The position numbers and the translations under genes were made by a program. The notes under the pieces were generated by a model. That model saw only the letters and a program-made list of their open reading frames with translations. It was not told the origin of the DNA and did not search any database. Shown here one piece after another: positions 10,000-20,553 of a DNA stretch of 64,000 nt (the stretch's first letter is position 1; every line of letters starts with the position of its first letter). The DNA is taken from assembly GCA_037384945.1 (NCBI GenBank), contig JARRNM010000013.1:1321-65320 (forward strand), read 5' to 3'. The stretch comes from Deltaproteobacteria bacterium. Its GTDB lineage: Bacteria > Desulfobacterota > Syntrophobacteria > BM002.

Positions 10000-10150
10000 A
10001 AGAGCATGGGGCATAGGGATGGAGGTTGGAGGAGCGCTCCGCTTCAGGTTGGAGGCAGGGATCAAGGCTTTTCAGCCGGAATGTTGGAATACTGCAAGGA
10101 TGGAATGATGGATCGTACAACCCTGTACCCAACATTCCAATATTCCATCA
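10000..10150. repeat. Intergenic composite repeat: a GCATAGGGATGGAGGTTGGAGG module plus a 34-bp inverted repeat (GGAATGTTGGAATACTGCAAGGATGGAATGATGG / CCAACATTCCAATATTCCATCATTCC)
   Basis: Perfect hairpin potential, read directly. Lies downstream of recJ. Confidence 0.5.
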
Positions 10151-10234
10151 TTCCTCCTAGGTGACTTCCGCCCTCTGTCTTCTTACCGGCCGACCCTTTG
10201 GTAAATATGGGTGAGCGGGGTAGCGTGAAAATCC

Positions 10235-11548
10235 TTGCTATTGCCTGAACCCTATGCTAGTAAGATGAAGCCTTGCCAATCCCTCTTTTTAAGCAACAAT
10301 GGCAGGACCAGCTACATGGTCTGTTCTAAAGACAAAATTGTACCTCTCCGAGTAAGGTTCACAGGTATTGGGGCGAGAAATATCTGGGTCGTGGTGGTTC
10401 TTTGCCTCTTGCTCTCTCTAGGTTCTCTCCCTGCCTCAGGGCAAGATAAGACTCTCAATAAACCGCTGGTTGCCTCCGGCCTAAGTCCAATGATGGGAAA
10501 GGACTCGGCAGATGCACGAAGCCTTGCCCTGCGGGAAGCTCTGCGCGCCGCGGTGGAACAGGCTCTCGGTTATCTCTTGCCTGCTCAAAACATTGTCCAC
10601 TACTACCCTCTTTTGTCGAACCGTATACTCAAAGAGCCCATGAGTTATGTGAAGGATTACCAAATAGTCCAAGAAGGCGAGGTATCTGGGCTCTATCGGG
10701 TTACGGTGCAAACTACTCTCTATTCTGAAAATCTAACCCGCGACTTGCGTCGACTTGGCATGTTTCTCGCTGCCAGTGAGCGCCCTAGGATAGCTATTTT
10801 GGTTGCTGAGCGCACCAGTCCCGACGAACCCTGGACATGGTGGTGGCAGACTGGGGTTGTCCATGAGAAGCCACCTCTTTTTCTGCCGGCTCTTTCGAAG
10901 CTCATGGCTGAACGGGGGCTAGTTCCGCTAACTCCTTCCTCACTGTCAGAGAGAATACCGCCAGACCCAAATTTCCAAGTACCCCTGCTGGACGACGCCC
11001 AGGGTGCCGCACTGGCAAAGGCTCTGGCGGCAGATGTAGCAGTACTGGGTCAGGTAAGTTACCGTGCTACCGGCATGGGCCAAACAGGAATGACCAGTGG
11101 TTCCCTCCGGGCTGTGCGGGCAGACAATGGCGAGACCCTTGCCAGGGTCTCCGCCACAGTACAGGTCCAGCCCTCCATCGAGCAGTCAATGATCGACTAC
11201 GGTTTTACTGCTCTGGCAGAACGTCTGGCCCCACACCTGGAGGATGGAATATTGGCCCCCTATGCGGCAGTATCCAAAGCTCCCATGGATGTTTCTCTCC
11301 AGGTGGAAGGGGTGCGTTCCTATGGAGATCTAATTCTCATTAAGGAGTACCTCCAACGCTCACCAGTAATAAAAGAAATAAGGCAGATTAAGCTGAAAGG
11401 TGACCTGGGGATTTTTTCTCTGATTCTCGCGGGAAGGGCCGATGCCCTAGAGCAGTCATTGGAGGGTAAAGACTTTGGTGGTTTTGTTACCAGCGCGGAA
11501 CTGGTGGGCGAAAACCTTGTAAAAGTTACCATCCTCAGTAAGAGGTAA
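10235..11548 (+). CDS. Periplasmic/lipoprotein-like protein with an LPP20/FlgT_N-like N-terminal domain after a signal peptide. The true start may be an internal Met.
   Basis: Signal-like NIWVVVVLCLLLSLGSLPASG, then SADARSLALREALRAAVEQALG, which is typical of LPP20/FlgT N-domains. Confidence 0.6.
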   Translation: MLLPEPYASKMKPCQSLFLSNNGRTSYMVCSKDKIVPLRVRFTGIGARNIWVVVVLCLLLSLGSLPASGQDKTLNKPLVASGLSPMMGKDSADARSLALREALRAAVEQALGYLLPAQNIVHYYPLLSNRILKEPMSYVKDYQIVQEGEVSGLYRVTVQTTLYSENLTRDLRRLGMFLAASERPRIAILVAERTSPDEPWTWWWQTGVVHEKPPLFLPALSKLMAERGLVPLTPSSLSERIPPDPNFQVPLLDDAQGAALAKALAADVAVLGQVSYRATGMGQTGMTSGSLRAVRADNGETLARVSATVQVQPSIEQSMIDYGFTALAERLAPHLEDGILAPYAAVSKAPMDVSLQVEGVRSYGDLILIKEYLQRSPVIKEIRQIKLKGDLGIFSLILAGRADALEQSLEGKDFGGFVTSAELVGENLVKVTILSKR

Positions 11549-11560
11549 GCCCCTGCTTAA

Positions 11561-12118
11561 ATGACCATTCCCAATCTACTCACCATTTTACGTGTCCTGC
11601 TGACACCCCTGTTGGTAATTTTTCTCCTGGAAGAAAGGCTCAACGAAGCTCTTGTCGTCTTCATAGTAGCAGGCATCACTGACGGGCTGGACGGCTTGAT
11701 CGCCCGTTTATACAGGCAAAAATCCAAGTTGGGAGCCTTCCTGGACCCCTTAGCGGACAAGCTGCTCCTGGCTACCACCTACGTGCTTCTAGCCGTAAAG
11801 AACCTGGTTCCTAGTTGGCTCACTGTAATTATATTGAGTCGAGACGTGCTCATCCTTGTGGGCATTTTTGTCTTATTTATGCAAGATCTGCCATTTGAAA
11901 TCAGGCCAACTATCGCCAGCAAACTCACCACCTGTTCCCAGATCTTCACTGCCATAGTCACCATGGCATCGGCCATCGCCACCCCCCACCCTCTTCTCAA
12001 GAGCATTCTCTTTAACATCACCGCCGGATTCACTATTGTTTCCTGGACTCAATACATGGTCAAGGGGATACGCCTGATGCAGGGAGCAGGGGACAATCAA
12101 GAGAACAGACGGCAGTGA
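11561..12118 (+). CDS. pgsA: CDP-diacylglycerol--glycerol-3-phosphate 3-phosphatidyltransferase (CDP-alcohol phosphatidyltransferase family)
   Basis: CDP-OH phosphatidyltransferase motif DGLDGLIAR...GAFLDPLADK. Confidence 0.85.
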   Translation: MTIPNLLTILRVLLTPLLVIFLLEERLNEALVVFIVAGITDGLDGLIARLYRQKSKLGAFLDPLADKLLLATTYVLLAVKNLVPSWLTVIILSRDVLILVGIFVLFMQDLPFEIRPTIASKLTTCSQIFTAIVTMASAIATPHPLLKSILFNITAGFTIVSWTQYMVKGIRLMQGAGDNQENRRQ

Positions 12119-12157
12119 GCAGCTGGCAACCGGCAACTGGATGGGCGGAAATTTTTC

Positions 12158-12186
12158 TTGACAGTGAACAACTGTCCTGATACTTA
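12158..12186 (+). promoter_or_regulatory. Candidate sigma70-type promoter for tRNA-Val: TTGACA, 17 nt spacer, TACTTA
   Basis: -35 TTGACA at 12158-12163 and -10-like TACTTA at 12181-12186, about 18 nt upstream of the tRNA 5' end. Confidence 0.4.
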
Positions 12187-12203
12187 GTAAAAGCTCTAGA
12201 TAT

Positions 12204-12278
12204 AGGCACGTAGCTCAGGGGGAGAGCACTACCTTGACGCGGTAGGGGTCTGGGGTTCAAATCCCCACGTGCCTACCA
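12204..12278 (+). tRNA. tRNA-Val (anticodon GAC) with encoded CCA
   Basis: Cloverleaf folded by hand. Acceptor AGGCACG/CGTGCCT, D-arm GCTC/GAGC, anticodon stem CTACC/GGTAG with loop TTGACGC, T-arm TGGGG/CCCCA with loop TTCAAAT, 3' CCA. Confidence 0.9.
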
Positions 12279-12342
12279 GAAATTGTTGATAAAGGTGTTA
12301 ATAACGACCTACATGTGCTGTAAAAACTAGTGGTAAGCAAGA

Positions 12343-12385
12343 GGCATCGGAGAACCTAGCGTTCGGATGCCTTTTCTTATTTTTT
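12343..12385 (+). terminator. Rho-independent terminator: GGCATCGGA...TTCGGATGCC hairpin plus a T-tract
   Basis: 9-bp stem with one mismatch, followed by TTTTCTTATTTTTT. Sits between tRNA-Val and the thrS RBS. Confidence 0.6.
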
Positions 12386-12399
12386 GACCAAGGAGCATT

Positions 12400-14328
12400 A
12401 TGGAAGAGATAAATGTGGTCAAGCGAGCTGGCGAGCGCCAGAGATTGCCAAAGGGCACAACCGCAGGGGAAGCCCTAAAAATAATGGAAGAGCAAAAGGG
12501 CAACCCGGCGGTGGCCGCCAAATTAGACGGCAAACTTGTTGATCTCAGCCGCACTCTGGAGCATGACTGTGTTCTCGAACCACTCGGGCAGGAAAGTGAG
12601 GAGGCTCTGGAGATCCTTCGCCACACTGCCTCGCACGTGATGGCCCAAGCGGTGCAAATCCTCTATCCGCAAGCGAAGATTACCATCGGACCTGCCATAG
12701 AAAACGGTTTCTATTATGACTTTGATTGCCCTGACACTTTTAGTGCGGAAGACCTCCCTCGGATCGAAGCCAAGATGGATGAGATAATTAAGCGGGCCAC
12801 ACCCATCCAGCGCAGAGTACTGGATAGACAGAAAGCAATCCAGCTCTTCAGGGAGAAAAATGAGACTTACAAGGTCGAAATGTTAGAGGAGATGGAAGAT
12901 CCCACGGTGTCGGTCTACGGACAGGACGACTGGCTTGATCTTTGTCGTGGTCCCCACCTGATCAATACAAGTGAGGTTAAGGCCTTCAAGCTCACCGGGG
13001 TTGCCGGGGCATATTGGCGTGGCGACGAGCGCAATCCCATGCTCCAGAGAATTTACGGTACGGCCTTTTTTTCCAAAAAGGATTTGAAGAGACATCTTCA
13101 CCTCCTCGAGGAGGCCCGCAAGCGAGATCACCGCAAGTTAGGCCGAGAACTCGATCTCTTTCAGGTCAGCGATGAGGCGGGGCCCGGGTTGATCATCTAT
13201 CATCCCAAAGGTGCCTTGCTTCGCCATGTCCTTGAGACCTTTGAGAAAGAAGCGCACCTTCGCCGTGGTTACCAAATGGTTATCGGACCGCAATTACTCA
13301 AGACCGAGATGTGGAAGAGGTCCGGCCACTTTGAAAACTACCGGGAAAACATGTATTTCACCGAGGTGGAAGGGCAATCATACGGCATCAAGCCCATGAA
13401 CTGCCTGGCCCACATGCTGATTTACAAGTCTACCATTCGTTCTTACCGTGATCTGCCCATTCGCTATTTCGAGATGGGTTTGGTGCATCGCCATGAAAAG
13501 TCCGGTGTACTTCATGGTCTGACCCGAGTGCGACAGTTCACCCAGGATGACGCTCATTTGCTTTGCACCCCTGAGCAACTCAACGACGAGATCAAGGGAA
13601 TTATTGATTTTGCCCTTGATATGCTCCAGCTCTTTGGCTTCGAGTACGAGATCGAACTCAGCACCCGGCCGGAAAAACGTATCGGCACAGACGAGGATTG
13701 GGAGAGGGCCACCACCGCCTTAGAAGAAGCCCTTCGGGACAAGGAGATTTCCTATAAGATTCGTGCCGGCGAGGGTGCCTTCTATGGCCCCAAGATTGAC
13801 ATACTGCTCAAAGATGCCCTGAACCGGCGGTGGCAGTGCTCAACCATTCAGTGCGATTTCACTTTGCCGGAGCGTTTCGATCTAACTTATATCGGAACCG
13901 ACGGCGAAAAGCATCGTCCGGTAATGCTTCACCGTACCCTACTCGGCAGTATGGAAAGATTTCTAGGGATTCTCATAGAACATTACGCCGGGGCCTTTCC
14001 TACTTGGCTGGCACCTGTACAGGCTATTATTCTCACGGTTACCGACCGGCAACTGGCCTACGGTGAAGGGTTGTACCAGCGTCTCCTGAGTGCAGGGGTC
14101 AGAGTCGAGAAGGACCTGCGCAATGAAAAATTGGGTTACAAGATCCGCGAAGCCCAGCTTCAGAAGATTCCATACATGCTGGTTGTGGGAGACCGGGAGG
14201 TAGAAACAGGTGGAGTCTCTCCCCGCCGGAGAGATGGAAAGGATTTGAAGCTCATGGAGACGGACGCTTTTGTCCGCTTGATAATGGAAGAAAACGGTGT
14301 CACCGATATGGTCCTTAAGGCGAAGTGA
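12400..14328 (+). CDS. thrS: Threonine--tRNA ligase
   Basis: TGS, second additional and class II core domains ([12 protein letters not shown], motif 3 region). Conserved thrS-infC-rpmI-rplT-pheST synteny. Confidence 0.95.
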   Translation: MEEINVVKRAGERQRLPKGTTAGEALKIMEEQKGNPAVAAKLDGKLVDLSRTLEHDCVLEPLGQESEEALEILRHTASHVMAQAVQILYPQAKITIGPAIENGFYYDFDCPDTFSAEDLPRIEAKMDEIIKRATPIQRRVLDRQKAIQLFREKNETYKVEMLEEMEDPTVSVYGQDDWLDLCRGPHLINTSEVKAFKLTGVAGAYWRGDERNPMLQRIYGTAFFSKKDLKRHLHLLEEARKRDHRKLGRELDLFQVSDEAGPGLIIYHPKGALLRHVLETFEKEAHLRRGYQMVIGPQLLKTEMWKRSGHFENYRENMYFTEVEGQSYGIKPMNCLAHMLIYKSTIRSYRDLPIRYFEMGLVHRHEKSGVLHGLTRVRQFTQDDAHLLCTPEQLNDEIKGIIDFALDMLQLFGFEYEIELSTRPEKRIGTDEDWERATTALEEALRDKEISYKIRAGEGAFYGPKIDILLKDALNRRWQCSTIQCDFTLPERFDLTYIGTDGEKHRPVMLHRTLLGSMERFLGILIEHYAGAFPTWLAPVQAIILTVTDRQLAYGEGLYQRLLSAGVRVEKDLRNEKLGYKIREAQLQKIPYMLVVGDREVETGGVSPRRRDGKDLKLMETDAFVRLIMEENGVTDMVLKAK

Positions 14329-14457
14329 TCAATCTCATACTTGGGATGTGGGCTATAAGATTGGGCGTGTGAGATTCAGTCTCTTAGAGAAGATCTGCCT
14401 ATGGCGTATCTCACATCTCAGATTTCACATCCTTTGCAATGAAAGGAGGGAAGCAAA

Positions 14458-14967
14458 ATAATCAAGCAAGTTAATGTCAACCAAAAGATTAGGGCTCCCC
14501 AAATCCGTCTCATTAGTGAAGACGGTACCCAATTGGGGATCGTGCCGCTGGAAGAGGCATTGGCTCGGGCCGCGGAAGAAAAACTTGATCTGGTGGAGGT
14601 GGCTCCCAAAGCATCCCCCCCTGTATGTAGAATAATGGACTATGGCAAGTATAAGTACATGCAGGCCAAGAAACTACAGGAAGCCAAAAAGAAGCAGACC
14701 ACCATTCAGATAAAGGAAGTGAAAATCCGCCCCAAAACAGAAGAGCACGACTATCAATTCAAACTACGTCACATCAAACGTTTTCTCAGCGAGAAAAACA
14801 AAGCCAAGGTAACTATAATGTTCCGCGGCCGGGAGATTGCCCATTCCGAGCTAGGGCTGAAGGTTCTCGAGCGTATTATTGCCGATATTGAGGAAGAAGG
14901 GATTGTGGAACAAGCGCCTAAGCTAGAGGGAAGAAACATGATCATGATCCTAGCTCCTCGGCAATAG
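14458..14967 (+). CDS. infC: Translation initiation factor IF-3, with a probable non-canonical AUA/AUC start
   Basis: The IF3 N-terminus IIKQVNVNQKIRAPQIRLISEDGTQLGIVPLEEAL lies upstream of the first ATG (14533) and is preceded by SD GGAGGG. infC classically uses an AUU-class start. Confidence 0.8.
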   Translation: MIKQVNVNQKIRAPQIRLISEDGTQLGIVPLEEALARAAEEKLDLVEVAPKASPPVCRIMDYGKYKYMQAKKLQEAKKKQTTIQIKEVKIRPKTEEHDYQFKLRHIKRFLSEKNKAKVTIMFRGREIAHSELGLKVLERIIADIEEEGIVEQAPKLEGRNMIMILAPRQ

Positions 14968-15049
14968 ATCTGCACCTACTCCTATAGACCAAAAGGTTCT
15001 TGGCTCGCTGTTTTGGCGGCAGTGAAGATTTGCGCCTCACTATCCGGGC

Positions 15050-15200
15050 TGGTTGCTTGGTCAGCAAGAATGCCATTACGGATTGAGCGATTTTAGATTT
15101 GAGATGTAAGATTGAAGATTTATCTCTACCAATGTTTTTTAATCTGCAATCTAAATTCTACAATCTGCAATGTGAGTGGTTTCCCCTCTTTTCCACGAGA
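15050..15200. repeat. Hairpin-forming repeat in the infC-rpmI leader (GATTTGAGATGTAAGATTGAAGATTT / AATCTGCAATCTAAATTCTACAATCTGCAAT)
   Basis: Imperfect inverted repeat arms read directly. Confidence 0.45.
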
Positions 15201-15206
15201 AATGAC

Positions 15207-15235
15207 TTGACAATCAACAGGCGACAGAATATTTT
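15207..15235 (+). promoter_or_regulatory. Candidate sigma70 promoter for rpmI-rplT: TTGACA, 17 nt spacer, TATTTT
   Basis: Consensus -35 hexamer, 17-nt spacer, A/T-rich -10. About 40 nt upstream of the rpmI start. Confidence 0.4.
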
Positions 15236-15275
15236 ACAGGATTGCTTTGGGTCCATTTGAGATTGTGGAGTAATT

Positions 15276-15473
15276 ATGCCTAAAATCAAGACTAATCGTG
15301 CTGCTGCCAAGCGTTTTAAGGTTACCGGTACCGGCAAAGTGCGCCGGTCGAAGGCCTACAAGAGTCACCTCCTTTCTAAGAAGTCACCCAAGAGAAAGAG
15401 AAACCTGCGTAGCGCCGGATTTGTCGATTCCACCAATATGCGGGGAATTCGCCGATTACTTCCGTACGCGTAA
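15276..15473 (+). CDS. rpmI: 50S ribosomal protein L35
   Basis: [21 protein letters not shown]... is the canonical L35 sequence. Confidence 0.9.
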   Translation: MPKIKTNRAAAKRFKVTGTGKVRRSKAYKSHLLSKKSPKRKRNLRSAGFVDSTNMRGIRRLLPYA

Positions 15474-15483
15474 AGGTGGAGTG

Positions 15484-15603
15484 ATGGACTAATGGAGTAA
15501 TTCGATTGCGGATTGGGGAATGGGGATTGCGGAATTTAATCCTTTCCATGGTCGTCTTAGTTAGTGTTTTCAATCCGAAATCCGCAATCCGAAATCCAAA
15601 ATT
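15484..15603. repeat. Family A intergenic hairpin repeat: GGAGTAAT-type terminus, then GATTGCGGATTGGGGAATGGGGATTGCGGAA / CAATCCGAAATCCGCAATCCGAAATCC arms
   Basis: Inverted arms read directly. Homologous to 17072-17210. Confidence 0.55.
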
Positions 15604-15671
15604 TTTAGCGTCCTTAATCTGTATTTACCTTTTTGACAAGAGATAGTTTGAAACTCGCATAGGGGTATATC

Positions 15672-16025
15672 ATGGCCCGGGTCACCAACGCGGTCTCTTC
15701 CAGAAAACGACGCAAGAAAATACTTAAACAGGCTAAAGGATATCGTGGCGCACGGGGCAAAGCGCTGCGTGCAGCCCGTTTGAATGTTGAGAGAGCACTC
15801 CAGTATGCTTATCGCGACCGTCGTGTCCGCAAGCGCCAATTCCGCTCTCTTTGGATTACCCGAATCAATGCGGCCAGCCGAATGCACGGCCTTTCTTACA
15901 GCAGGTTAATGGATGGTCTGCAGAAAGCCGGAATCGACCTGGATCGAAAAGTGTTGGCCGATCTCGCCCTGAACGATCCCCACGGCTTTGCTCAGATTGT
16001 GGAGTTAGCACGGCGCGGTACCTAG
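15672..16025 (+). CDS. rplT: 50S ribosomal protein L20
   Basis: [27 protein letters not shown]... is the canonical L20 sequence. Confidence 0.9.
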   Translation: MARVTNAVSSRKRRKKILKQAKGYRGARGKALRAARLNVERALQYAYRDRRVRKRQFRSLWITRINAASRMHGLSYSRLMDGLQKAGIDLDRKVLADLALNDPHGFAQIVELARRGT

Positions 16026-16044
16026 TTCTTCACCTCCCGGAACG

Positions 16045-17049
16045 ATGAAACAAGAAATCAATACCCTCCTCCAAGAAACCCTCAACCAATTGGCTCGTCT
16101 AGAAGGCGCTGAGGAACTGGAGCGCTTGAGAATCGAGGTGCTGGGGCGGAAGGGGAAACTTTCCGATCTTTTCAAGCAGTTGGGGGCCAGCCCGGCTGAA
16201 GAGCGTCCTACTCTGGGCAAACTGTTAAACGAGACTCGCTCTCGCCTCGAAAGTGCTTTTGAGGAGACCAAGTCGCAGACAGCCGGGGTATCGAGGCGAG
16301 AGCATGTCCTGGATGTTTCTTTGCCAGGCAGACTGCCTTATCTTGGGCATCTCCACCCTATAACTAAAGTCGGCGTGGAGATCACCGAGATCTTCCAACG
16401 TCTGGGTTTTGAGGTGGTAGAGGGACCAGATGTGGAATTGGATTATTATAATTTCGAGGCTCTTAATATCCCTAAAGACCATCCTGCCCGAGACATGCAA
16501 GATACTTTCTACGTCACCGACAACGTAGTGCTCCGTACCCACACCTCTCCCATTCAAGTACGGGTCATGGAAAAGCAGCCTCCACCTGTGCGGATAATTG
16601 CACCGGGTAAAGCTTACCGCTGTGATTCTGACATGACTCACACCCCCATGTTCCATCAGGTTGAAGGCCTGGTGGTGGACAAGGACGTTTCCTTTGGTGA
16701 TCTGAAAGGTGTGCTTACCATTTTCGTGCATCAGATGTTCGGACCTGAGGTGGATCTGCGGTTCCGCCCCAGCTTCTTCCCTTTCACTGAGCCTAGTGCG
16801 GAAGTGGATATTCAATGCGTCATGTGCGGGGGTGAGGGTTGTCGGGTGTGTTCTGAAACCGGTTGGCTGGAAATTCTAGGCTCGGGAATGGTGGATCCAG
16901 AAGTTTTCAAAATGGTCGGCTATGACCCGGAAAAGGTTAGCGGGTACGCTTTCGGCATGGGCATTGAGCGCATTGCCATGCTCAAGTATGGGATAAACGA
17001 CCTGCGTTTGTTTTTCGATAACGACCTGCGCTTCTTGCAGCAGTTCTAG
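16045..17049 (+). CDS. pheS: Phenylalanine--tRNA ligase alpha subunit
   Basis: Class II aaRS motifs ([22 protein letters not shown]). Confidence 0.95.
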   Translation: MKQEINTLLQETLNQLARLEGAEELERLRIEVLGRKGKLSDLFKQLGASPAEERPTLGKLLNETRSRLESAFEETKSQTAGVSRREHVLDVSLPGRLPYLGHLHPITKVGVEITEIFQRLGFEVVEGPDVELDYYNFEALNIPKDHPARDMQDTFYVTDNVVLRTHTSPIQVRVMEKQPPPVRIIAPGKAYRCDSDMTHTPMFHQVEGLVVDKDVSFGDLKGVLTIFVHQMFGPEVDLRFRPSFFPFTEPSAEVDIQCVMCGGEGCRVCSETGWLEILGSGMVDPEVFKMVGYDPEKVSGYAFGMGIERIAMLKYGINDLRLFFDNDLRFLQQF

Positions 17050-17071
17050 CTTTTCATGCTAAGAGTCTATG

Positions 17072-17210
17072 CTGGAGTATTGGAGTATCTCGATTGCGGA
17101 TTTGGGAATGCGGAATGCGGATTGTGGACTTTAGATTGAGTTTGAGGATTTAATTTGTTTTTTCAATCCGAAATCCGAGATCCGAAATAGCCATATTCCA
17201 TTACTCCATC
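17072..17210. repeat. Family A MITE-like element with terminal inverted repeats CTGGAGTATTGGAGTA ... CCATTACTCCATC and internal GATTGCGGATTTGGGAATGCGGAATGCGG / CAATCCGAAATCCGAGATCCGAAAT arms
   Basis: Read directly. Sits in the pheS-pheT spacer. Confidence 0.6.
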
Positions 17211-17285
17211 AACCCCGGTACTGGAACCCTAACGACCGAGTGATCGGATTGGGACCCTTAATAATATATCTTCGAGGACTCCATC

Positions 17286-19694
17286 ATGCAGATTAGCTTC
17301 AAATGGCTTCAGTCTATGGTGCCCTGCAATGCTACACCCGATGAAATCGCCCATCGACTGACCATGGCGGGGCTGGAAGTTGAAGCCATTGAACCTTTTC
17401 AATTCGGCCTTGAAGGAATCGTAGTGGGCCGCATCCAGGGCATAGAAAAACATCCTAGTGCTGCGCACCTCCAGGTGTGTAAGGTACAAATTCCTGATAA
17501 TATTCTCGACGTGGTTTGCGGAGCTCCGAATGCAGCAGTGGGACAGCTTGTCCCTCTTGCGCTGGATGGGGCTTCTCTGGTCGACGGTACCGAGATTCGC
17601 TCAGCTGAGATTCACGGCGTTCTCTCCCAAGGTATGATCTGTTCTGAAAGCGAGCTGGGCCTGGCAGAGGACGCCAGTGGAATTATGGTGCTTGAGGCCG
17701 ACTTGCAGCTGGGCTCACCCCTGGCCGAGGCTCTCCAACTCAACGACCTCATCTACCATATCGGTATAACTCCTAATCGGGCCGACTGCCTCAGCGTCGT
17801 TGGCATTGCCCGCGAGATAGCTGCTCTTTTCGGAGAGACATGGTCTCTACCTAGGGTCAACCTGAAGGAGACCGGTCCCCCGGTAGAATCCCTATCTTCA
17901 GTAACAATCGAGGACGCCGACCTTTGTCCCCGCTATGCTGCTCGCATCGTCAGAAATATCAAGATCAAACCCTCTCCTTTATGGATGCGGCAGCGTTTGG
18001 AGGCTCAGGGACTTAGAGCGATTAATAATATTGTCGACGTCACCAACTACGTTATGATGGAGTTGGGCCAGCCCCTGCACGCCTTCGACTATCACCGTTT
18101 GGACGAACAGCGCATTGTCGTACGCCGGGCCACGCCAAATGAGACCTTTGTTACCCTAGACGGGCAGAAGCACCGACTGACAGGAGACATGCTGCTCATT
18201 TGTGACGCCACTCGCGGCGTGGCCTTGGCCGGCATTATGGGGGGGCTCAACTCGGAGATTACTCCTGAGACCAATACGGTTTTAATTGAAAGCGCTTATT
18301 TCCAGCCCACCGGTACGAGGCGTACCGCCAAAGGCCTCGGATTAAGTACTGAATCCTCCTACCGCTTCGAGCGAGGAGTGGATCCTGAAGGAGTAATCAC
18401 TGCCTTGGATCGGGCTGCTCAATTAATGGTTGAATTGGCTGAGGGGGAACTTGCCAGTGGCCGCCTGGATGTTTATCCCCTTCCAGTAAAACTTCAACCT
18501 ATAAAGCTTCGAGTTGCCAAAACCAACCGTTTTCTTGGGACAAATCTCTCTCGGGAAGAGATCTCAAAGCACTTGCAGTCAATCCAGTTGAAAATCAGCT
18601 CCGGTGGAGAAGACCTCTTGGTAGTGGAGCCACCTTCCTTTCGTGGTGATCTAACTCGGGAAGTGGACCTCATGGAAGAGGTGGCTCGGCTGGCCGGATA
18701 TGACCTCATCCCCAGTGCGGAGCCTGTGGCTCGATTGGCTTCGACGAAACGGTCAGAAGATCAGGTTATCAGACAGTACACCAAGGAGACCCTCAGAAGC
18801 TTGGGCTTTTGTGAGATTGTCACCTATTCCTTCATCAACCCACAAACTATTGACTTGCTCCGCTTTAAAGACGGCGACCGACGGCGACGGCTGCTGCCCC
18901 TGCGCAACCCTTTGAGCGAAGAACAGTCAGTAATGCGGACCTCTCTTGTGCCAAACATCTTAGAAACTGCTGCGAGAAACCAGCGTCAAAACAACTTCGA
19001 TCTCAGACTTGTCGAACTGAGCAAGGTCTTTTTCTCCAAAGAAGGTGATGAGCTGCCCGAAGAGCGGTTCAACCTCTGTGGTTTGCTTTCCGGCTTGCGA
19101 CGTCCTCCAGGGTGGAACGAGCCGAGTCAAGGTATTGATTTTTTTGACGTTAAAGGGGCGGTAGAAGCCCTTTTTATGCATTTAGGAATTAGAGATCTTC
19201 GCTGGTCCGCCAAGTCTCCCGCTCCCTACCTGAACCCTGAGGCTGCTGCCCAAATTCAGGCTGCCGATCTATATCTTGGGGACCTGGGTGAGGTGCATCC
19301 CGCTGTATTGGAAGGCTTTGATCTAAAGGGCCCAGTTTATCTCTTCGATCTCGACTTCGATCTTCTCATCGAAAGAACGGTATCAGTGAAAAAATTCCAA
19401 GCTCTACCAAGATTCCCCGCAGTGAATCGCGATCTCGCCATAGTGGTTGCTGATTCGGTGGCTGTTCAGGATCTGCTGGACTATCTGGAAGAACATCGAC
19501 CTCAATACGCTGAAAGTATGAGCTTATTCGATCAATACCGTGGCACCCAGGTGGGGACAGACAGGAAGAGCTTGGCCTTCCGCATCACCTACAGGTCTGC
19601 AGAACGCAGTCTCACCGATCTAGAGGTAAACGAGATCCACCAGGACCTGAGTCAAAAAATCGTTGATGCCTTCGAGGCTCAGCTGCGTTCCTAG
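17286..19694 (+). CDS. pheT: Phenylalanine--tRNA ligase beta subunit
   Basis: tRNA-binding, B3/B4, B5 and FDX-ACB domains. About 800 aa. Confidence 0.95.
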   Translation: MQISFKWLQSMVPCNATPDEIAHRLTMAGLEVEAIEPFQFGLEGIVVGRIQGIEKHPSAAHLQVCKVQIPDNILDVVCGAPNAAVGQLVPLALDGASLVDGTEIRSAEIHGVLSQGMICSESELGLAEDASGIMVLEADLQLGSPLAEALQLNDLIYHIGITPNRADCLSVVGIAREIAALFGETWSLPRVNLKETGPPVESLSSVTIEDADLCPRYAARIVRNIKIKPSPLWMRQRLEAQGLRAINNIVDVTNYVMMELGQPLHAFDYHRLDEQRIVVRRATPNETFVTLDGQKHRLTGDMLLICDATRGVALAGIMGGLNSEITPETNTVLIESAYFQPTGTRRTAKGLGLSTESSYRFERGVDPEGVITALDRAAQLMVELAEGELASGRLDVYPLPVKLQPIKLRVAKTNRFLGTNLSREEISKHLQSIQLKISSGGEDLLVVEPPSFRGDLTREVDLMEEVARLAGYDLIPSAEPVARLASTKRSEDQVIRQYTKETLRSLGFCEIVTYSFINPQTIDLLRFKDGDRRRRLLPLRNPLSEEQSVMRTSLVPNILETAARNQRQNNFDLRLVELSKVFFSKEGDELPEERFNLCGLLSGLRRPPGWNEPSQGIDFFDVKGAVEALFMHLGIRDLRWSAKSPAPYLNPEAAAQIQAADLYLGDLGEVHPAVLEGFDLKGPVYLFDLDFDLLIERTVSVKKFQALPRFPAVNRDLAIVVADSVAVQDLLDYLEEHRPQYAESMSLFDQYRGTQVGTDRKSLAFRITYRSAERSLTDLEVNEIHQDLSQKIVDAFEAQLRS

Positions 19695-19839
19695 CCTTTG
19701 TTGTAGTCGGTGTTGCAAAATAGACACCGGAAAAAGCACTAGGCACCTTTTTTGGCGGGACATAAGGTCGGGCGAGACGAGGCTTCAGCATGCAGCGGAC
19801 AACTGGCAGCAGGCAGGAAAAATATCATGTAGATAGAAT

Positions 19840-19935
19840 CATTTCTCCGTGGCACGAGCTGTCTGCTGTCCGCTGTCAGCTGCATGCTGACTCTATGCCC
19901 CATGCGCCATGCTCTACGCTCAGGGCTCCTGGCTC
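19840..19935. repeat. Family B low-complexity intergenic module (TGTCTGCTGTCCGCTGTCAGCTGCATGCTGACTCTATGCCCCATGCGCCATGCTCTACGCTCAGGGCTCC)
   Basis: CATGCGCCATGCTCT-type motifs shared with 1450-1540 and 35895-35965 (reverse complement). Confidence 0.45.
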
Positions 19936-20050
19936 CTATGTTTAAAAGTTGTCTTGAACCTTGCGGTTAATGGCCAATTTGTTTACTATTGCATCTTGGA
20001 TCTTGGTCTTCGACCTGCTTGTCTTTATTAACCCCCTCGGCGATTAGATT

Positions 20051-20368
20051 ATGGCTACCATTCCCAACAAACGTTTTTTCAAAATTGGAGAGGTCAGTCG
20101 AATTGTCGGCGTTCCAACCCATGTTCTCCGCTATTGGGAAAGGGAGTTTTCCCTGGTCAGACCTCGAAGGGCTCCATCAAAGCAGCGGATGTACAAACGA
20201 AAAGATGTTGAGATGCTCCTTTACATAAAGAAGCTGCTGCATCAGGAAAAATTCACCATTGCTGGTGCCCGCAAAAAGCTGCAACCAGCCTCCGCCCCAT
20301 CTTCACCCCACCAGACTTTAGAGGAAATCAGGCAAGAACTGATTGATCTCCGCCGCATGTTGGATTGA
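20051..20368 (+). CDS. MerR-family transcriptional regulator (small, HTH only)
   Basis: HTH FKIGEVSRIVGVPTHVLRYWEREF typical of MerR. It sits downstream of pheT, as in many proteobacteria. Confidence 0.7.
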   Translation: MATIPNKRFFKIGEVSRIVGVPTHVLRYWEREFSLVRPRRAPSKQRMYKRKDVEMLLYIKKLLHQEKFTIAGARKKLQPASAPSSPHQTLEEIRQELIDLRRMLD

Positions 20369-20553
20369 TCTTCCATCCACCTCTTCAACGCGGCATGATT
20401 CCTGCAGGCATGCGACATTACTGGAAAAAAGTATTTGCATTTTTAAAGTAATGCTGTTATAGAATGCGTGACCTATTTTAGTAGGGAAATTGAAAGCATA
20501 CGTCTCAAATCCCCTATTCGATCTGAGACCATGCTGGTGAAAGCGGGGGAGGT

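Noticed and set aside
12060-12260. 66-aa minus-strand ORF
   Set aside because: Overlaps tRNA-Val and its promoter.
16225-16815. 196-aa minus-strand ORF
   Set aside because: Antisense within pheS. High-GC frame openness.
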